From Harriotta raleighana (lineage: Eukaryota), in assembly GCA_050575255.1 (NCBI GenBank), contig JBNZDD010013705.1:1924602-1988601 (forward strand): DNA of 64,000 bases. The letters are read 5' to 3'. Positions 40,782 through 53,622 of this stretch are shown piece by piece. The notes under the pieces were generated by a model. The model had not been told where the DNA came from. It did no database searches and saw only the letters and a program-made list of their open reading frames with translations. Position numbers and translations under genes: made by a program. Positions within the stretch are counted from its first letter, which is position 1, and every line of letters starts with the position of its first letter.

Positions 40782-43295
40782 CTGAACCAATCTGTCCAGC
40801 GCCTTGGAACGTCCTCTTGACGTGAAACGCGCTCTATAAGTGTAATTTTGTTGTTGTTGTTGTTGTTTATCTCATGGGTTGCCTATATTTAATCAAACTT
40901 CACAATTGCTGGGGAAACTGAAAGAATATGGTGAAAAAAACACTTCTACAGTTCTCTAGACCCCTTCATCAACTATCTTGTGATGAGATATGAAAGCACA
41001 GAACCTCACCTAATACCTTGTACAATTAAACATTCCCTTATTGCATTGGCAAGGAGGGGGAAGAGGAGGGATGAGGGCTCCGAATTGAAGCGATCCTTTG
41101 AACACTGATCTTTGCTAGACTTAAAACTCTTATTCGACAGAAAATCAGTATTCACCAAACACTGACTGAGCAGTGTTAAGAATACAACAATCTCCTTTGC
41201 TTACAAAATACACTCACTACACTTTTCAGTAAACCCAGTGAAGCACATTTTGAGACATCTTGCCGATGTGAGGGTGCCAAACGAAATGTAAGGATTACTA
41301 TTTGTAGTAATAATAGCAACAATAATAATAATAATCCTTGGGGTAGATCTTTTCACATCTTCTCAATGTCTCAAAGCGCTTCACAGAATATACTGTAAAG
41401 TGAATTGACTGTATATTTATGGGCGAAACGTGGCAGCCAATTGCGCACAGCATTGTCCCACAAACAGTCATGGATTGAAATGACCAATTTTATTATTGTG
41501 GTTTTTGTTTGGACGGATTTTATTAGGCATGTGGAGTAAGGAATAATAATTATACTGTCCCTTTTCCTCACAGATGCCTCAATGGTTTTTGCTGCAAAGC
41601 TGCATTAAGGTGTACAAATGCAGGCTGCTGTAACTTGCTCCACTCCACTGCAAACATTTCATTCATTCATTTTCTTTCATTCATTTTCTCCCCCAAAAAG
41701 TCAATTGATTTTCAGTCAGGAAACAAAATGACTGAAAGTTCACGTGGCAAAGTTCAGTTGTGCAGAAATGACAAAGAGGGAAGTATGGCCGTGCGAAGGC
41801 TTTGCTCTTAAAACAAAACGCACCAAAACACACTGTGAGAATTCATGCTGCTCCTCTTACTCACAGCTCAGTTAATCCATCTTCAGCCCCAACTGGTGCT
41901 CGATCGGCCTTCAATCTCAAAAGGCCAAACAATTCATCGACGCCCAGAAGCAATCTATTCTGACAGATTAAACTTCGCCTTCAGAGCAGGCATCTGAGAG
42001 GTTGAAGTGTCTCAGCAAGTGATGATGCTGTATGGCTGGTGGAAGGCATTATACTTGCACAAGGCACAGGAGAAGACTCCAGAGCATGCAATGCACACAC
42101 AACAAACTACACAGGCCTTTCACGACTGTCTGTGGGACACTGCTGTGCGCAATTGGCTACCGAGTTTCGCTCACAAAAACGCAGTCAATTCACTTTACTG
42201 CATATTCTGTGAAACGCATTGAGTCGTCTCATAGACATGATAAGTCACTGTATCAAATGCAAGAATTATTATTACTATTATTTCTCGTTGGGAGGATGTC
42301 CAAATGCACTGGCCAGTCAAGGATTTGCACCTGAGCTGGGGCTTGGGATCAAGAGGCATGGAGGGCAGGGAGGGTGGGGTAGTGGGGGTGACTGAAGGTG
42401 CTGTCAAAGAGGATAGTGTTAATACTACAGTGAGTGTGTAAATATCCCAATGATTGTGCAGATACACCAGTGAGTGTATTCATTCATTCAGTGAGTGTGT
42501 GCAAACCCCAGCGAGTGTGCGCAGATATAACCACAATGCATCGGCCCAAATCGTCAGCTGTGAATCTGGAATCAAATTAAATCGAGGATTTAACCATTCA
42601 ACCTCCAAACAAGATGGTTTCAGGGCTGAGAGACCCCGGATTCTGTTCAGCGTTTTATTCCCGTAAGCAAGTCACCAGTGGTGAGGAGAGAGGAGAGGTG
42701 AGTGCGCGTGTGTTTCTGCACTCGCAGCAATCTCTGTGGAGAAATTCCAATGTAAAGTTAAATAACGTGCTCAGACGCAGAGCTCACTCGGTAGAATCCC
42801 CATTTAAATGCAGAAATCTCAATTACAGGGCAGTATTGAACCTGCTGCATAAATTGAGTCGATTTCATAAATTGAGCTGTCAAGCGAACAAAACAAGCCG
42901 TTCTATTTTTAGACCGTGGACAGAGTTTCATTACCAGGAAAAAATCACCCTGACTGCAAACTGGTTCTATTTATATTAAATAAACAAAAGGGAAAAGGAG
43001 GTCTTCAAAGTTGATCTCAAGATCTGCCTCTTCAGTTGCACTTTCGGTCACTTTCGGCTTCCCCCACACCCACCTCGACTTCCCTTGGCTCCCGCCCCCA
43101 GCTTGGGTATCCAGCACTTTGAGGTGTACTCACGAGGTGAAAGGTGATGTTTCCGTGCTGTAAATTCTACATAAATCTATACTTTTTTTTTGCAATTTCT
43201 TTATACTTTGCCTTAAATTTAAACATCAGCGCCATGTACCTACCCCCAGTTGGCAGACACAATCCCGCTATTGCACTGTATAAATGTAAATAAAA

Positions 43296-44045
43296 TCATA
43301 GAATCTTAGGGCACAAAAGGAGGCCATTCGGCCCATCGAGTCTTTGCCGGTTCTTTGAAAAGAGCAAATCAATCCCACTCCCTAGCTCTATCTCCATAAC
43401 CGCACAAACCCATCCTCCCCAAGTAAACGTCTATCTCTCTTTTAAAAGTTGTTATCGAATCGGCCTCCACCACCTTTTTAGCCAATGCATTCCAGATTCG
43501 AACAATTCGCTGAGTGAAAAAATTTCTCCTCATCTCCCCTCTGCTTCTTTTAGAAACTATTTGAAATCTGTGAACTCGGGTCACTGACACACCCACCAGT
43601 GGAAACAGTTTATCCTGTTTACCCTATCGAATCCCCTCATGATCTTGAAAACCTCCATTTCCGTGTGTGTTTGTGGGACACTGCTGTGCGCAATTTGGCT
43701 GCCGCGTTTCTCCCCAGATATACACCTGGTTTTCCTTCTCTCTTCCTCCTACCCCAACCCCTCCCCTTGCCCTCTTTCCCCCTTTCAATCCCTGGCCCTC
43801 TCGCTTCCATGACTGTTTGTGGGGACACTGCTGTGCGCAATTTGGCTGCTGCGTTTCGCCCACAAATATACAGTCAGTATTTTCCTGCTTTTCTTCCCCC
43901 GACCCCTCCCCCCACTTGACTGTACAGCGCCTTGGGACGTCCTCCTGACGTGAAAGGCGCTATATAAATACAATAAATAAATAAAATAAAAAAATTAGGT
44001 CTCCTCGTAACCTTCTCTGCTCCAATGCGAATAAACCTAGTGAGA
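43296..44045 (-). mobile_element. CR1 LINE 3' end split by an opposite-strand insertion (~43660-43995)
   Basis: LGLFALEQRRLRGDLI and RNFFTQRIVRIWNAL..VVEADSITTFKREID; CR1 3' terminal GATTCTATGAT. Confidence 0.88.
43660..43995 (+). mobile_element. Chimeric retroelement 3' end: two SINE-core copies plus L2-type tail
   Basis: TGTTTGTGGG(G)ACACTGCTGTGCGCAATTTGGCTGC twice, then CAGCGCCTTGGGACGTCCTCCTGACGTGAAAGGCGCTATATAAAT(AAAT)n; related copies at 27051-27325(-) and 16622-16770(+). Confidence 0.75.
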
Positions 44046-44484
44046 AGATGTGGAGGATGTTGATGGTGTGGCATCTTGAATTAGCAATGATCCTTCTACT
44101 ATCAGGAGATAGATTGAAATTAATCCCACATCCATTGGATACAAGTTTCCTTACTCCACTTGCCTTATAATAATTCACAATTGTTTATGGGACACTACTG
44201 AGCGCAATTTTTGCTGCGTTTTGGTCACAATACAAACAGAATTCACTTTACAGTATATTCTGTGAAGCGCTTTGAGACATCTCAGTCACATGATAAGGTA
44301 CTATTGTATATCAGAAACTAGGATTATTATACGCCAGCCCTGGTCGTGTCAGTCTCTGCTGACCATGGGCTCTACAATAGCCACAAACAATAACCAACCA
44401 ACAACATAAATAGATTGAGTTTTAAAGGAACATTCAATGGCAGTGTCTGTTGTTAAGGTTGGAGCACCAGAAAATGTACACAAA

Positions 44485-44490
44485 TTTATT
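44485..44490 (-). terminator. Candidate distal polyadenylation signal AATAAA
   Basis: TTTATT on + strand; UGUA motifs ~110-135 nt upstream; SINE-rich DNA resumes at ~44330. Confidence 0.55.
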
Positions 44491-44708
44491 AACCTTTCAC
44501 AAATCAGTTTTTCCATGACATTTTATACCACCTAATCCAACGGAATGTCTCGAAGTGCTTTGCTGTATATAGCACCCGGTGTTGTGACTGTTTTTTGTAC
44601 AAACACACACACACATTTTTTGTACAAACACACAGGACTCATGCAAAGTTCAACTGACGCCTCAGGTGAAGTAAAAATCAATTCAAAACTAATGTAATAA
44701 ATCTTTTT

Positions 44709-44714
44709 TTTATT
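44709..44714 (-). terminator. Candidate proximal polyadenylation signal AATAAA
   Basis: TTTATT on + strand inside the putative UTR, next to an A-run. Confidence 0.3.
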
Positions 44715-45750
44715 TAATTGTAAACGGCAAAACTCAGAGGACAATTTAACTCGGATATTTCAATGCTTTAAAAGGAATATTTGCACATCGCAAAGACATG
44801 TGCATTTCCCATTAAATACATAATTACTTAAACCAAGCCCAAATGGTGAAAAGCCTTTTTAGCTTTGTACAAAATGTTTCCTTGTAAATTATGCACTAAC
44901 ACTGCAATGGAGTAATATTGACATAATACTGGCTGTTTGGCAGATTTCACAAAAATCGCTACTGTGGATCACATAGCTCCCTCTGCAAAATGCTGAAGCC
45001 AGGCTGGCAGAATGCGGGTGTAGTGTCCATTGGACTGTTCCTCTTTGCTGCAGTATAATACACATGGATGATTTACAACAGTACGATGCCACAGTGTGCG
45101 CTGGTTCTAGAAGGTCAGATACGGATCTAGAAAAAGCCAACGGTCCAACAGCGTGAGGGAGGCTCCCGGGAACGAGCGCGAGTCAAACTATTAAAAGCAG
45201 AACGTAGAACAAATTGGTTTCTGGTTTCTTGAATGGAAGCATGGCGATTTTCTCATTCATTCTCTCTTAAAGATCTGCCTCGTCTTCTCACGTTAAAACT
45301 TCTTATTCTCCTGCCCCCCACACTCCATCCGCCCCCTCCCCCATCACCCCCTGCCTTGTTTTCTGCTAGCAGTCAGCGTGTGGAAGGAAGCCAGTCTCAT
45401 GACAACTTGTTTTAACGGCTGAGCACATGCCAGGAATGTGAGATTGTGGATAAGAAAAGTCGAGCCTTGAAATGTGCAGGACTTGTTGTGGCACTCGGCT
45501 GGGTTGGTCATTGTGTTATTTATCATTGCATTACATGACTGCATCAACAACATTAGTGGAACACTGACATTGTTATCATGTAATGCCCAAGAAATTAGAA
45601 AACAATTTGGTCTCGCTGAGGGATTAGTAGAGGCTAAAGGATAACAAGAAGGTATATGGAGTGGGGGAGATGGAAGGAGGGGGGCAGTGGGGCAGTATTA
45701 ATAGCTCCAGTTACTATATCATCCAGTTTAACCTCACAAGCTGCAGGGGG

Positions 45751-45951
45751 TCAGTTACAGTCGTAAACAAAGTCGTAGTTGCTGGGTTCCTTGGGGATGG
45801 GGGGCGGCGCTTCCGGGATCTGAATATTCTCCAAGTCCAGCAGCCGAAGCTTCATCTCCATGCTGAGGAGTGTGTCCAGGTCGTTCTTGGTCAGCTCGCT
45901 CATCATCTCCTTCCCGAGCAGAGCGTTCAGTCCATCCGTCCACACCCAGTA
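45751..45951 (-). CDS. ELMO1: ELMO1 terminal coding exon (201 nt incl. TGA; [66 protein letters not shown])
   Basis: Acceptor GCTTTGCAG|TAC; contains EAD and PxxP; ends YDFVYDCN, the ELMO1-type C-terminus. Confidence 0.95.
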   Translation of the reverse strand, partial: YWVWTDGLNALLGKEMMSELTKNDLDTLLSMEMKLRLLDLENIQIPEAPPPIPKEPSNYDFVYDCN

Positions 45952-46336
45952 CTGCAAAGCAAACGGGCAAAGAAGGTAAAATTAGGTGGAGCTGGCTCAG
46001 TGTTGGTGCGACTCTTTCATTCTGGTCAACTCTCACCACTTAGGACACTGACTGATTAACAGAGGTTTCGTCCTGCAAGATGGCTGGTGAGACAAAGATA
46101 TGTACCAACCCTTGAAGCAACAGCTAGACCAACAATAACAACAATGACAACAAAATAACATTTCTGGCGTGCCTTTCACAAGGATGTCCAGATCCTCTGC
46201 CATTTGGACAGAAAATCAACAACCAAAATTGCAAAAGGTTAAAGGTGTTTCACCTAATCTGGTCTGGTGAGGAAAAATACCTCACAGTACAAATTTAGGT
46301 ACTGGAAAAGGAAGCTACGGGTTCAAATTAACTTCT

Positions 46337-46640
46337 AGAGTCCTGTAGCTCAGTGGTTAGAGCACTTGCTTTGTAAGAGAAACTTGTGTTTGATTCCAGT
46401 CAGGCCGAAACCTTGGACAACTTTCCTTACTCCACACGCCTAACAATAATTCCTCACAAAAAACAGAATTAAATGGTTATTTGAATCCACTACTGTTTGT
46501 GGGACACTGCTGTGCGCAATTGGCTGCCATGTTTTGCTCACAAATATAAATGACTTCACTTTGGGGTATATTCTGTGAAGCGTTTTGAGACGGCTAGAAG
46601 ACGTGAAAAGTGCTACATCAAATGCAAGGATTATTATTGT
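46337..46640 (+). mobile_element. tRNA-headed SINE in the last ELMO1 intron
   Basis: Head, core and tail. Confidence 0.85.
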
Positions 46641-48108
46641 TGAATTGCATTCTTTATTAAGGAATATTTCAAATTAGGTTATTCTAATACAAATATATTT
46701 ATATAGAGGGCTCGGCAGAGGACTGAACTTCCAATCCAGCATTAAATATACTCACGGCCCTTTCTGACCAGACAAGAGCTGGAAGCTTGATTTTTGGATA
46801 ACCAGATGTCTGATCCAAGTGGAACCCATCATCATGTTTAAGAGGATCCAAATCAGACAAGAGTTCTACCGACATCACCCGCATAGGGAAATTCCTGGTT
46901 TGGAACTCAAAAGCCACACACGGGTGATAGCTCAGGAAGAAACCTCGGGGATAACATTTCTAGCTTTACTCTTTGAAAAATATTTTGTTTTCAATAAATC
47001 ATTAAGTTGCTACACTAAGACGGTCCCAAAAGCCTGCGAAGCTGAGGGCTCCTGCTGGGTTAGTTTGGAAGCTGTTCTGCAGTGATAGACTTTGGTGTTT
47101 CTTCTCCACTGGAGCATCTGACAGAGCAAACATGACAGGCTCTAGACTCTGACCATCCATAAACGTACTGTCACATCTTGGATAAGCTCATCTGTGTGAG
47201 ATTTGAGCTGTTGACTACTGTTCCCACCTGTGTCTTCAGCCGCAGGCAAAGAATCCAGTGCATGGGTGGGTGGGGGTAGAGGGGCATGTGGGGTAGATGG
47301 CTTATCTCAAGAGAGATCATTTTCTTGAGGAATTATCATTCATTAAACTTTCATTGCCTGCCTCAGTCCCAAGCCAAGACTTGATCTCAGGCCATTTGCA
47401 GGAACACTAACACTCTGAACTGTGAAACAAATGGTTCATGGGCTATGCCTCTGCAGAGCTTCCACTTTGAATCATTCTGCTGAGGGAAGGTAATGGAGAG
47501 AAGTCTGGCATTCACCACAGAAAAGGTGGAAGAAAGACTGCAGGTCTAAAGACTAGACCATCAAAGGTCAAAAAGTTCTATAATAATAATAAAAATAATC
47601 CTTACGTTTGATAAAGCACCTTATCATGTCTTTGAGATGTCTCAAAACGCTTCACAGAATGTACTATAAAGTGAATTGATGTCTGGATGATGAGGGCAAA
47701 CCCTGAACTAATGGTTAGGGAGGATCCTGGCCGGATGAGTGCAGAGCTCTGCAGTTATATATATAGCTGATCTCCACTGTGATCCCTGGCAGTTAGAGCT
47801 CTACAATCAGTATCCTGGAAAGAAACAAATTAGCCCGCACTGCAGTTGTCGATCACTATCCAGAGACTCCTGCTGACAAGTGAGCCAGTTGTGTTGAGGA
47901 TAATTCCGTTAACCATTTAGTTCACAGACCAGAACATTGGAGTGTTTCTCCTCTGCTGTGACACTCTCCATGGCCGAGTAGCCTGTCCACACCACTTAGG
48001 CAAGGTAGTGGAGGCCGCCGCCGCCGCTATTCAGCACCTTGAAGAAAGAGGCTGGGAAATGAGGTGGGGAATTTCATTTAGTAATAGGAGTGGAGGAATG
48101 ACACTCAC

Positions 48109-48186
48109 CTCGTGCTTTCCAGGAGCAATGAAATTCAGAGAGTCATCAGGGTCATATAGAATAGAGAAGGCGTGTTCCAACAATTC
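48109..48186 (-). CDS. ELMO1: ELMO1 coding exon (78 nt; [26 protein letters not shown])
   Basis: Read by hand; acceptor CCCTGTCTCTCAAG|GAA, donor GAG|GTGAGT; matches ELMO AFSILYD..LNFIAP motif. Confidence 0.92.
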
Positions 48187-49051
48187 CTTGAGAGACAGGG
48201 AAAGATATTAACAGTATAATAATAATCCTTGCATTTTGATATAGTGCCTCAAACAGCTACTGTTGAATTGAATGACCAAATTACAATTCTTATTTTATTT
48301 GTTTATTGAAGGGATTATTTATTGCCTAACGTTTCGCCCTGCCTGAAATTGAAACCAGTTCCTCTCACTTGTGAAATGAGTGCTCTAATCAATATACTAT
48401 AGGATTTCACAAAAATCAATGAGACAAAAGTAACAACAACCACAAAATTACACTTGTATAGCGCCTTCACATCAGGAGGACGTCCCACGGCGTTGAAAAG
48501 CAGCTGCTGCAAGGGATCAGTCACCCACTCACACTATGTTGCCCTCCCATTCTGCCAAAAATTGCCTTTTTTCTGAGGCACAAGAGCCCCAGTACTGTTA
48601 TAAGCAAATTCAATGTCACCAATTCTTACAATAAAAGTTGGCAAGTGGAGTCAATGAAGAAAACGTGGATTTAAAAAAAAAAACGAGATGCATATAACTA
48701 CCTCTAGCATTTGAAGACACTTGATATGAGGTCTAATGGAAAAATCACATTCTGCATAATCACAAAGGTTGCCTTTGACAGAAATATATTCATTATTCAA
48801 AACGGTTTGGGCCTGGTTCTCTCCTGTGTGTGTCTGTATGTGTGTGCAAGAGTTCAAGCAGAAAATCCCAAGAGATTTGAATAAAGACGGTCCTTTGACC
48901 TATCAAATCTTTCCGAATACCCATCCTTGACTGTACTAAACATCATCAAGCTGCTTCTGCAGTGTGTCTAGTCGCCTGCCTCAACTACCATTCCTGCTAA
49001 TCCTTTTCTCATCATTGATTACACACTGGGTAAAGAAATCCTTAAAAAAAA

Positions 49052-49432
49052 TTATGATCCTGGCATTTGCTATAGCATCTTATCACATTATTGAAACATC
49101 TCAAAGCGCTTCTCAGGATATACTGTAAAGTGGGTCGATTTTACAAACACAACAGCCAATTTGCATGCAACAATGTCCCTTGACCAACCATAGAGTGAGT
49201 TACCAATCTTATTTGGGACGTTTGTTTACCAGGATACAGGAAGAAACTCCCTTCCCTTTTTGAATAGTACCACGGGATCTTCAACGTTCATCTGAACAGG
49301 CATCTGAAGAGTGACATCTCTGACTAATGCAGCACACCCCCAGCATTGCAATGGAGTGTCAGCATAAACTACATGAGTTTCAAGTCACGACATAGGATTT
49401 GAACCTGCAAGAGCGCTACCAACTGAGCCAGG
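49052..49432 (-). mobile_element. Older Deu-domain SINE
   Basis: Same layout as 12030-12420; related decayed copies near 14740-14960, 19470-19700, 29890-30085, 32825-32950 and 39255-39500. Confidence 0.55.
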
Positions 49433-52422
49433 CAGATGAGTGTGAAACTTACCAGTGCTTTACAATACAATTGACACGTATGTAACACCTTACATGTCCA
49501 AAGAACGACTTAACTCTTTTGATATAGCTGGCTGGCTAAATTATTTGGGGTTTTGTGCATGAAAAGGCACTTGGCAGTGGCCAGGTGGTTGCAGTATTTT
49601 GGTTTGATAAAGTCTTTAAGGTACGTTCCTACTCCCACTGCCCCCCCCCACCACCCTATCACACACACACACACCCAGTCCACACACTAGCATATTCCAA
49701 ATAACATTCCAGCAAAAGTCAGTTCTGTGGAGCAGCACTGAGTGATGTGATGTATCAGGGTCGGCAGTTTCTGAATTGCTCTCTTCACCCAAACACTATT
49801 AAGCAATGAAATTAATAGGCTTGTACGATTAAGCAGGCAGCAAAATCCCAATGGACATGCCTGCTGGAAATTAAATATAGTTTGTCTACTAAGCAGTTCA
49901 CCGGTCACCACATTTCTTATACTGTAAAAGAAAACTTGGGTAAAAAAAAACTTCTTAAACCACCGCTGCAGGCTGGATAAATGCTGCTCTGCACATTACA
50001 TATATCCTTGTGACTCACTGCAGTTATCAGCACTGGATAAACACATGTATTCTCCTTGAGGGGAGGTAAGCAGGGTCTCAGTGGAGATGAGCTGTCTCAA
50101 AGATGACAAGCTTGGCAAACGACTGTTGGAAGCCAGTCTACTCTCTCTGGTTGCCTCAGTTCCAGGGACTGGTGGAATCCACAGTAATCCAGAGCTGTAA
50201 TGATGAAACACGACCCTACCTGGCTCACTGTCACTGTCAGATATGGGGGGAACAGACGGGTCATTAGGAATGGGCAGTATTTCCACTCCCTTTTGCAGCA
50301 CAGAATTATTATAATGGCCACCCCATTAGGAGATACTACACCCTCACACTAACAGAGGGAGAGCTGTAGTGAAAACGAGTGCTTGCGGTCAAAGTTGTGT
50401 GGTCAAGTAATTCACCTCAATTTCCCTATCTGCCAGCTGGGAAGGGATGCAAAGGGGTTTGCCCACAGTAAGGGAGTATGGCTGGTAGAGAGATGAGTTG
50501 GTTTAGCAAAGTTCAGGGGATGTGCTTGAAAGGGTGCAGGATGTTTTTCAGTATATCTGCGCTGCAAAGAACTTCCCACAACTTTCTAAGGAGTTCTGTA
50601 GCTCAGTGGTTAGAGCACTTGCCTAGTACAGTACGTGAGAAAGCTGGGTTCGATTCCTGGCAGGGCAATATGTTGCAAGTGGGAACCAGGTTGTTGGCGG
50701 ATCATTATTTCGGGGGGAATAATTTATTTAAAAACAAATTGATCATTCAATCCACGACTGTTTGTGGGACACTCCTGTGCCCAATTGGCTGCCATGTTTC
50801 AATCAAANAGTGAGTTACCAATCTTATTTGGGACGTTTGTTTACCAGGATACAGGAAGAAACTCCCTTCCCTTTTTGAATAGTACCACGGGATCTTCAAC
50901 GTTCATCTGAACAGGCATCTGAAGAGTGACATCTCTGACTAATGCAGCACACCCCCAGCATTGCAATGGAGTGTCAGCATAAACTACATGAGTTTCAAGT
51001 CACGACATAGGATTTGAACCTGCAAGAGCGCTACCAACTGAGCCAGGCAGATGAGTGTGAAACTTACCAGCGCTTTACAATACAATTGACACGTATGTAA
51101 CACCTTACATGTCCAAAGAACGACTTAACTCTTTTGATATAGCTGGCTGGCTAAATTATTTGGGGTTTTGTGCATGAAAAGGCACTTGGCAGTGGCCAGG
51201 TGGTTGCAGTATTTTGGTTTGATAAAGTCTTTAAGGTACGTTCCTACTCCCACTGCCCCCCCCCACCACCCTATCACACACACACACACCCAGTCCACAC
51301 ACTAGCATATTCCAAATAACATTCCAGCAAAAGTCAGTTCTGTGGAGCAGCACTGAGTGATGTGATGTATCAGGGTCGGCAGTTTCTGAATTGCTCTCTT
51401 CACCCAAACACTATTAAGCAATGAAATTAATAGGCTTGTACGATTAAGCAGGCAGCAAAATCCCAATGGACATGCCTGCTGGAAATTAAATATAGTTTGT
51501 CTACTGAGCAGTTCACCGGTCACCACATTTCTTATACTGTAAAAGAAAACTTGGGTAAAAAAAAACTTCTTAAACCACCGCTGCAGGCTGGATAAATGCT
51601 GCTCTGCACATTACATATATCCTTGTGACTCACTGCAGTTATCAGCACTGGATAAACACATGTATTCTCCTTGAGGGGAGGTAAGCAGGGTCTCAGTGGA
51701 GATGAGCTGTCTCAAAGATGACAAGCTTGGCAAACGACTGTTGGAAGCCAGTCTACTCTCTCTGGTTGCCTCAGTTCCAGGGACTGGTGGAATCCACAGT
51801 AATCCAGAGCTGTAATGATGAAACACGACCCTACCTGGCTCACTGTCACTGTCAGATATGGGGGGAACAGACGGGTCATTAGGAATGGGCAGTATTTCCA
51901 CTCCCTTTTGCAGCACAGAATTATTATAATGGCCACCCCATTAGGAGATACTACACCCTCACACTAACAGAGGGAGAGCTGTAGTGAAAACGAGTGCTTG
52001 CGGTCAAAGTTGTGTGGTCAAGTAATTCACCTCAATTTCCCTATCTGCCAGCTGGGAAGGGATGCAAAGGGGTTTGCCCACAGTAAGGGAGTATGGCTGG
52101 TAGAGAGATGAGTTGGTTTAGCAAAGTTCAGGGGATGTGCTTGAAAGGGTGCAGGATGTTTTTCAGTATATCTGCGCTGCAAAGAACTTCCCACAACTTT
52201 CTAAGGAGTTCTGTAGCTCAGTGGTTAGAGCACTTGCCTAGTACAGTACGTGAGAAAGCTGGGTTCGATTCCTGGCAGGGCAATATGTTGCAAGTGGGAA
52301 CCAGGTTGTTGGCGGATCATTATTTCGGGGGGAATAATTTATTTAAAAACAAATTGATCATTCAATCCACGACTGTTTGTGGGACACTCCTGTGCCCAAT
52401 TGGCTGCCATGTTTCAATCAAA
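49194..52422. repeat. 1.6-kb near-identical tandem duplicate around N at 50808 (probable assembly artefact)
   Basis: Offset 1615; identical ORF pairs; only a few SNP-like differences. Confidence 0.85.
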
Positions 52423-52522
52423 AAATCTACAGTCAATTCACTTTACAGCATATTCTGTGAAGCGCTTTGAGACGTCTCAAAGACGTGATAAGGCGCTATA
52501 TCAAATATAAATATTATTATTA
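52205..52522 (+). mobile_element. tRNA-headed SINE (5' part duplicated at 50590-50807 by the assembly join)
   Basis: GGAGTTCTGTAGCTCAGTGGTTAGAGC head, B box GGTTCGATTCC, core and tail. Confidence 0.83.
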
Positions 52523-53292
52523 CTAGTGCACCTCTCCCAGGCAGAATGGAACCCACTTTTTAAACTGGACGGTTTTGCAGACTTTGGGGGCTGAATTCTT
52601 GTTGGTTCCTGCCTGTGCCTCAAGGTTTGTCCTAGTGATGGGTCAGGAGAATGGAGACACTTTACAAAACAAGGACATGCCTTTATTAACCAGAGCTAAG
52701 CACTCTCGGTGGAGACAGGCACTATGGCCAGTTCTCGTGATGACAGGTCTTATCTGCAAAATGTGAGTGATGTAAATGATTTGACATGGCGGATAAGCTC
52801 GATAGGGCGAATGACCTCCTCTTGTTCCTGTGAACCCCACAGGCAGAAAGTGCGTGCTGGCATGCAACACAACCTCTGCTACTTGTGAAACACTTCTCTT
52901 TACCTGTTCATGTGAATCCTCTGCACATTGGAAGACTTTCCATAGCAGTTCCCTTGCCTGTGCTCAGGCTGACACTTTCTTGCCTGTGCTCAGGCTGACA
53001 ACCCCATATTTCATAGTTTATTAGCTCAGATGGAAATATTCAACAAGACAGCTTTCAAACTGAATCAAGGGAGTGGTAGCCGAGACCCTCACCTTATTTT
53101 GTCTTTATCAAACATGAACCAAAGGTGTGCAAGCACAAGAGACGGGAAACTACAGGGAGACGCAGACCCACGTGGAATTAAATCAAGGCTGTAATAGTTA
53201 TCACTGCACATGTCTCTCACGGACACACATTAGATCTTCTAAGTCAGAGGGTTAACTACAGCAATGGGAGCAGGTAGAGAACAGTTGGAATG

Positions 53293-53622
53293 TAATAATA
53301 ATAATAATAATAATCCTTGCATCTGATATAGCGCTTTTCACATCTTATCGATGTCCCAAAGCGCTTCACAGAATATACTGTAAAGTGAATTGACTGTATA
53401 TTTGTGGGAGGAATGCGGCAGCCAATTGCGCACAGCAGTGTCCCACAAACAGTCATGGATTGAAATGACCAATTTTATTATTGTGGTTTTTTGGGAGGGA
53501 TTATTGTCAGGCATGTGGAGTAAGGAAACTTGCCCAAGGTTTCGCCCTGATCTGCCTGGATTCGAACACAGTTCTCATGTTTGTAAGGCGAGTGCTCTAA
53601 CCACTAAGCCACAGGAGCTCCA
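53293..53622 (-). mobile_element. tRNA-headed SINE, full length, close to consensus
   Basis: Head, core and long (TTA)n tail. Confidence 0.87.

Larger units (their letters stand above)
44465..45750 (-). other. ELMO1: Probable ELMO1 3'UTR
   Basis: SINE/LINE-free stretch after the stop codon, ending near AATAAA signals; the exact end is inferred. Confidence 0.6.

Noticed and set aside
41710-41737. 9-bp inverted repeat TTTCAGTCA/TGACTGAAA (similar one at ~4750-4775)
   Set aside because: Arms this short are expected by chance in 64 kb; too short for a pre-miRNA or MITE.
45661-46059. 132-aa plus-strand ORF and 94-aa alternative-frame ORF over the last ELMO1 exon
   Set aside because: Shadow frames of a GC-rich coding exon with no independent support.
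49687-52470. Duplicated ORF cluster (74, 101, 74 and 111/125 aa) as a tandem gene duplication
   Set aside because: Lies in an ELMO1 intron, has no recognisable homology, and the duplication is centred on an assembly N.
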